From the NCBI GenBank assembly GCA_030390025.1, contig JASTWF010000056.1:434001-498000 (forward strand): 64,000 bases of DNA, given 5' to 3'. The translations under genes and the position numbers were made by a program. The notes below the pieces were generated by a model. It was not told where the DNA came from and ran no database searches. It saw nothing but the letters and a program-made list of their open reading frames with translations. This stretch comes from Squalus acanthias (Eukaryota). Each line of letters starts with the position of its first letter. Positions within the stretch are counted from its first letter, which is position 1. Below are positions 63,297 to 64,000 of this stretch, one piece after another.

Positions 63297-64000
63297 CTGT
63301 TTCCTGTCACTTAGCCAATTTCGTATCCATGCTGCCGCTGTCCCTTTTATTCCATGGGCTTCAGTTTTGCTGGCAAGCCTATTATGTGGTACTTTATCAA
63401 ACGCTTTTTGGAAATCCATGTACACCACATCAACCACATTGCACTCACCAAACTTCTCTGTTACCTCATCAAAAAACTCAATCAAGTTAGTTAAACACAA
63501 TTTGCCTTTAACAAATCCGTGCTGGCTTTCCTTAATTAATCCACACTTGCCCAAGTGACTTAATTTTGTCCCAGATTATTGTTTCTAAAAGCTTCCCCAC
63601 TACCAAGGTTAAACTGACTGGCCTCTAGTTGCTGGGTTTATTCTTACACCCTTTTTTTGAACAAGGGTGTAACATTTGCAATTTTCTAGTCCTCTGGCAC
63701 CACCCCCTAAGGAGGATTGGAAGATTATGGCCAGTACCTCAAAATTTCCACCTTTACTTCCCTTAGCATCCTATGTCCTGGTGACTTATCTCCTTTAAGT
63801 ACAGCCAGCCTTTCTAGTACTTCCTCTATCAATTTTTATCCCATCCAATATCTCAACTACCTCCTCTTTCACTATGACTTTGGCAGTATCTTCTTCCTTG
63901 GTGAAGACAGATGCAAAGTATTTATTTAGTACCTCAGCCATTCCCTCTGCCTCAATGCGTAGGTCCCCTTTTTGGTCCCTAATCGGCCCCACCCCTCCTC
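63297..64000 (-). mobile_element. CR1 (HER1-like) LINE, continuation (RT N-terminal part), runs off the window
   Basis: LIKESQHGFVKGKLCLTNLIEFFDEVT...VYMDFQKAFDKVPHNRL and AEVLNKYFASVFTKE. Confidence 0.93.

Overview
Eukaryotic, repeat-rich vertebrate DNA, almost certainly from a cartilaginous fish (shark). The inference rests on HE1-like V-SINEs, Deu-domain SacSINE1/AmnSINE1-like SINEs and shark-type CR1, L2 and Penelope repeats. I cannot support any host protein-coding exon, so the window looks like a gene desert or a very large intron. Main contents: (1) a structurally complete but inactivated Ty3/Gypsy LTR retrotransposon at 47554-51900 (TSD CCAC, tRNA-Trp PBS, LTRs about 97% identical); (2) a complete Tigger/pogo element at 32515-34980 with a disrupted transposase; (3) about 15 PIF/Harbinger-derived elements, including decayed HARBI1-like nuclease genes, spliced Myb/SANT genes and MITEs with 3-bp TSDs; (4) CR1 and L2 LINE fragments; (5) at least four SINE families; (6) an 862-bp solo LTR splitting a CR1; (7) Penelope-type terminal fragments; (8) a 500-N gap. 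Between these lie TE-poor, AT-rich, homeobox-motif-dense blocks resembling conserved non-coding elements. I found no clearly new biological system. The best leads are promoter plus splice-donor cassettes carried by the Harbinger MITE ends, the GC-rich Gypsy element, the unclassified solo LTR and the SINE/LINE tail partnerships.
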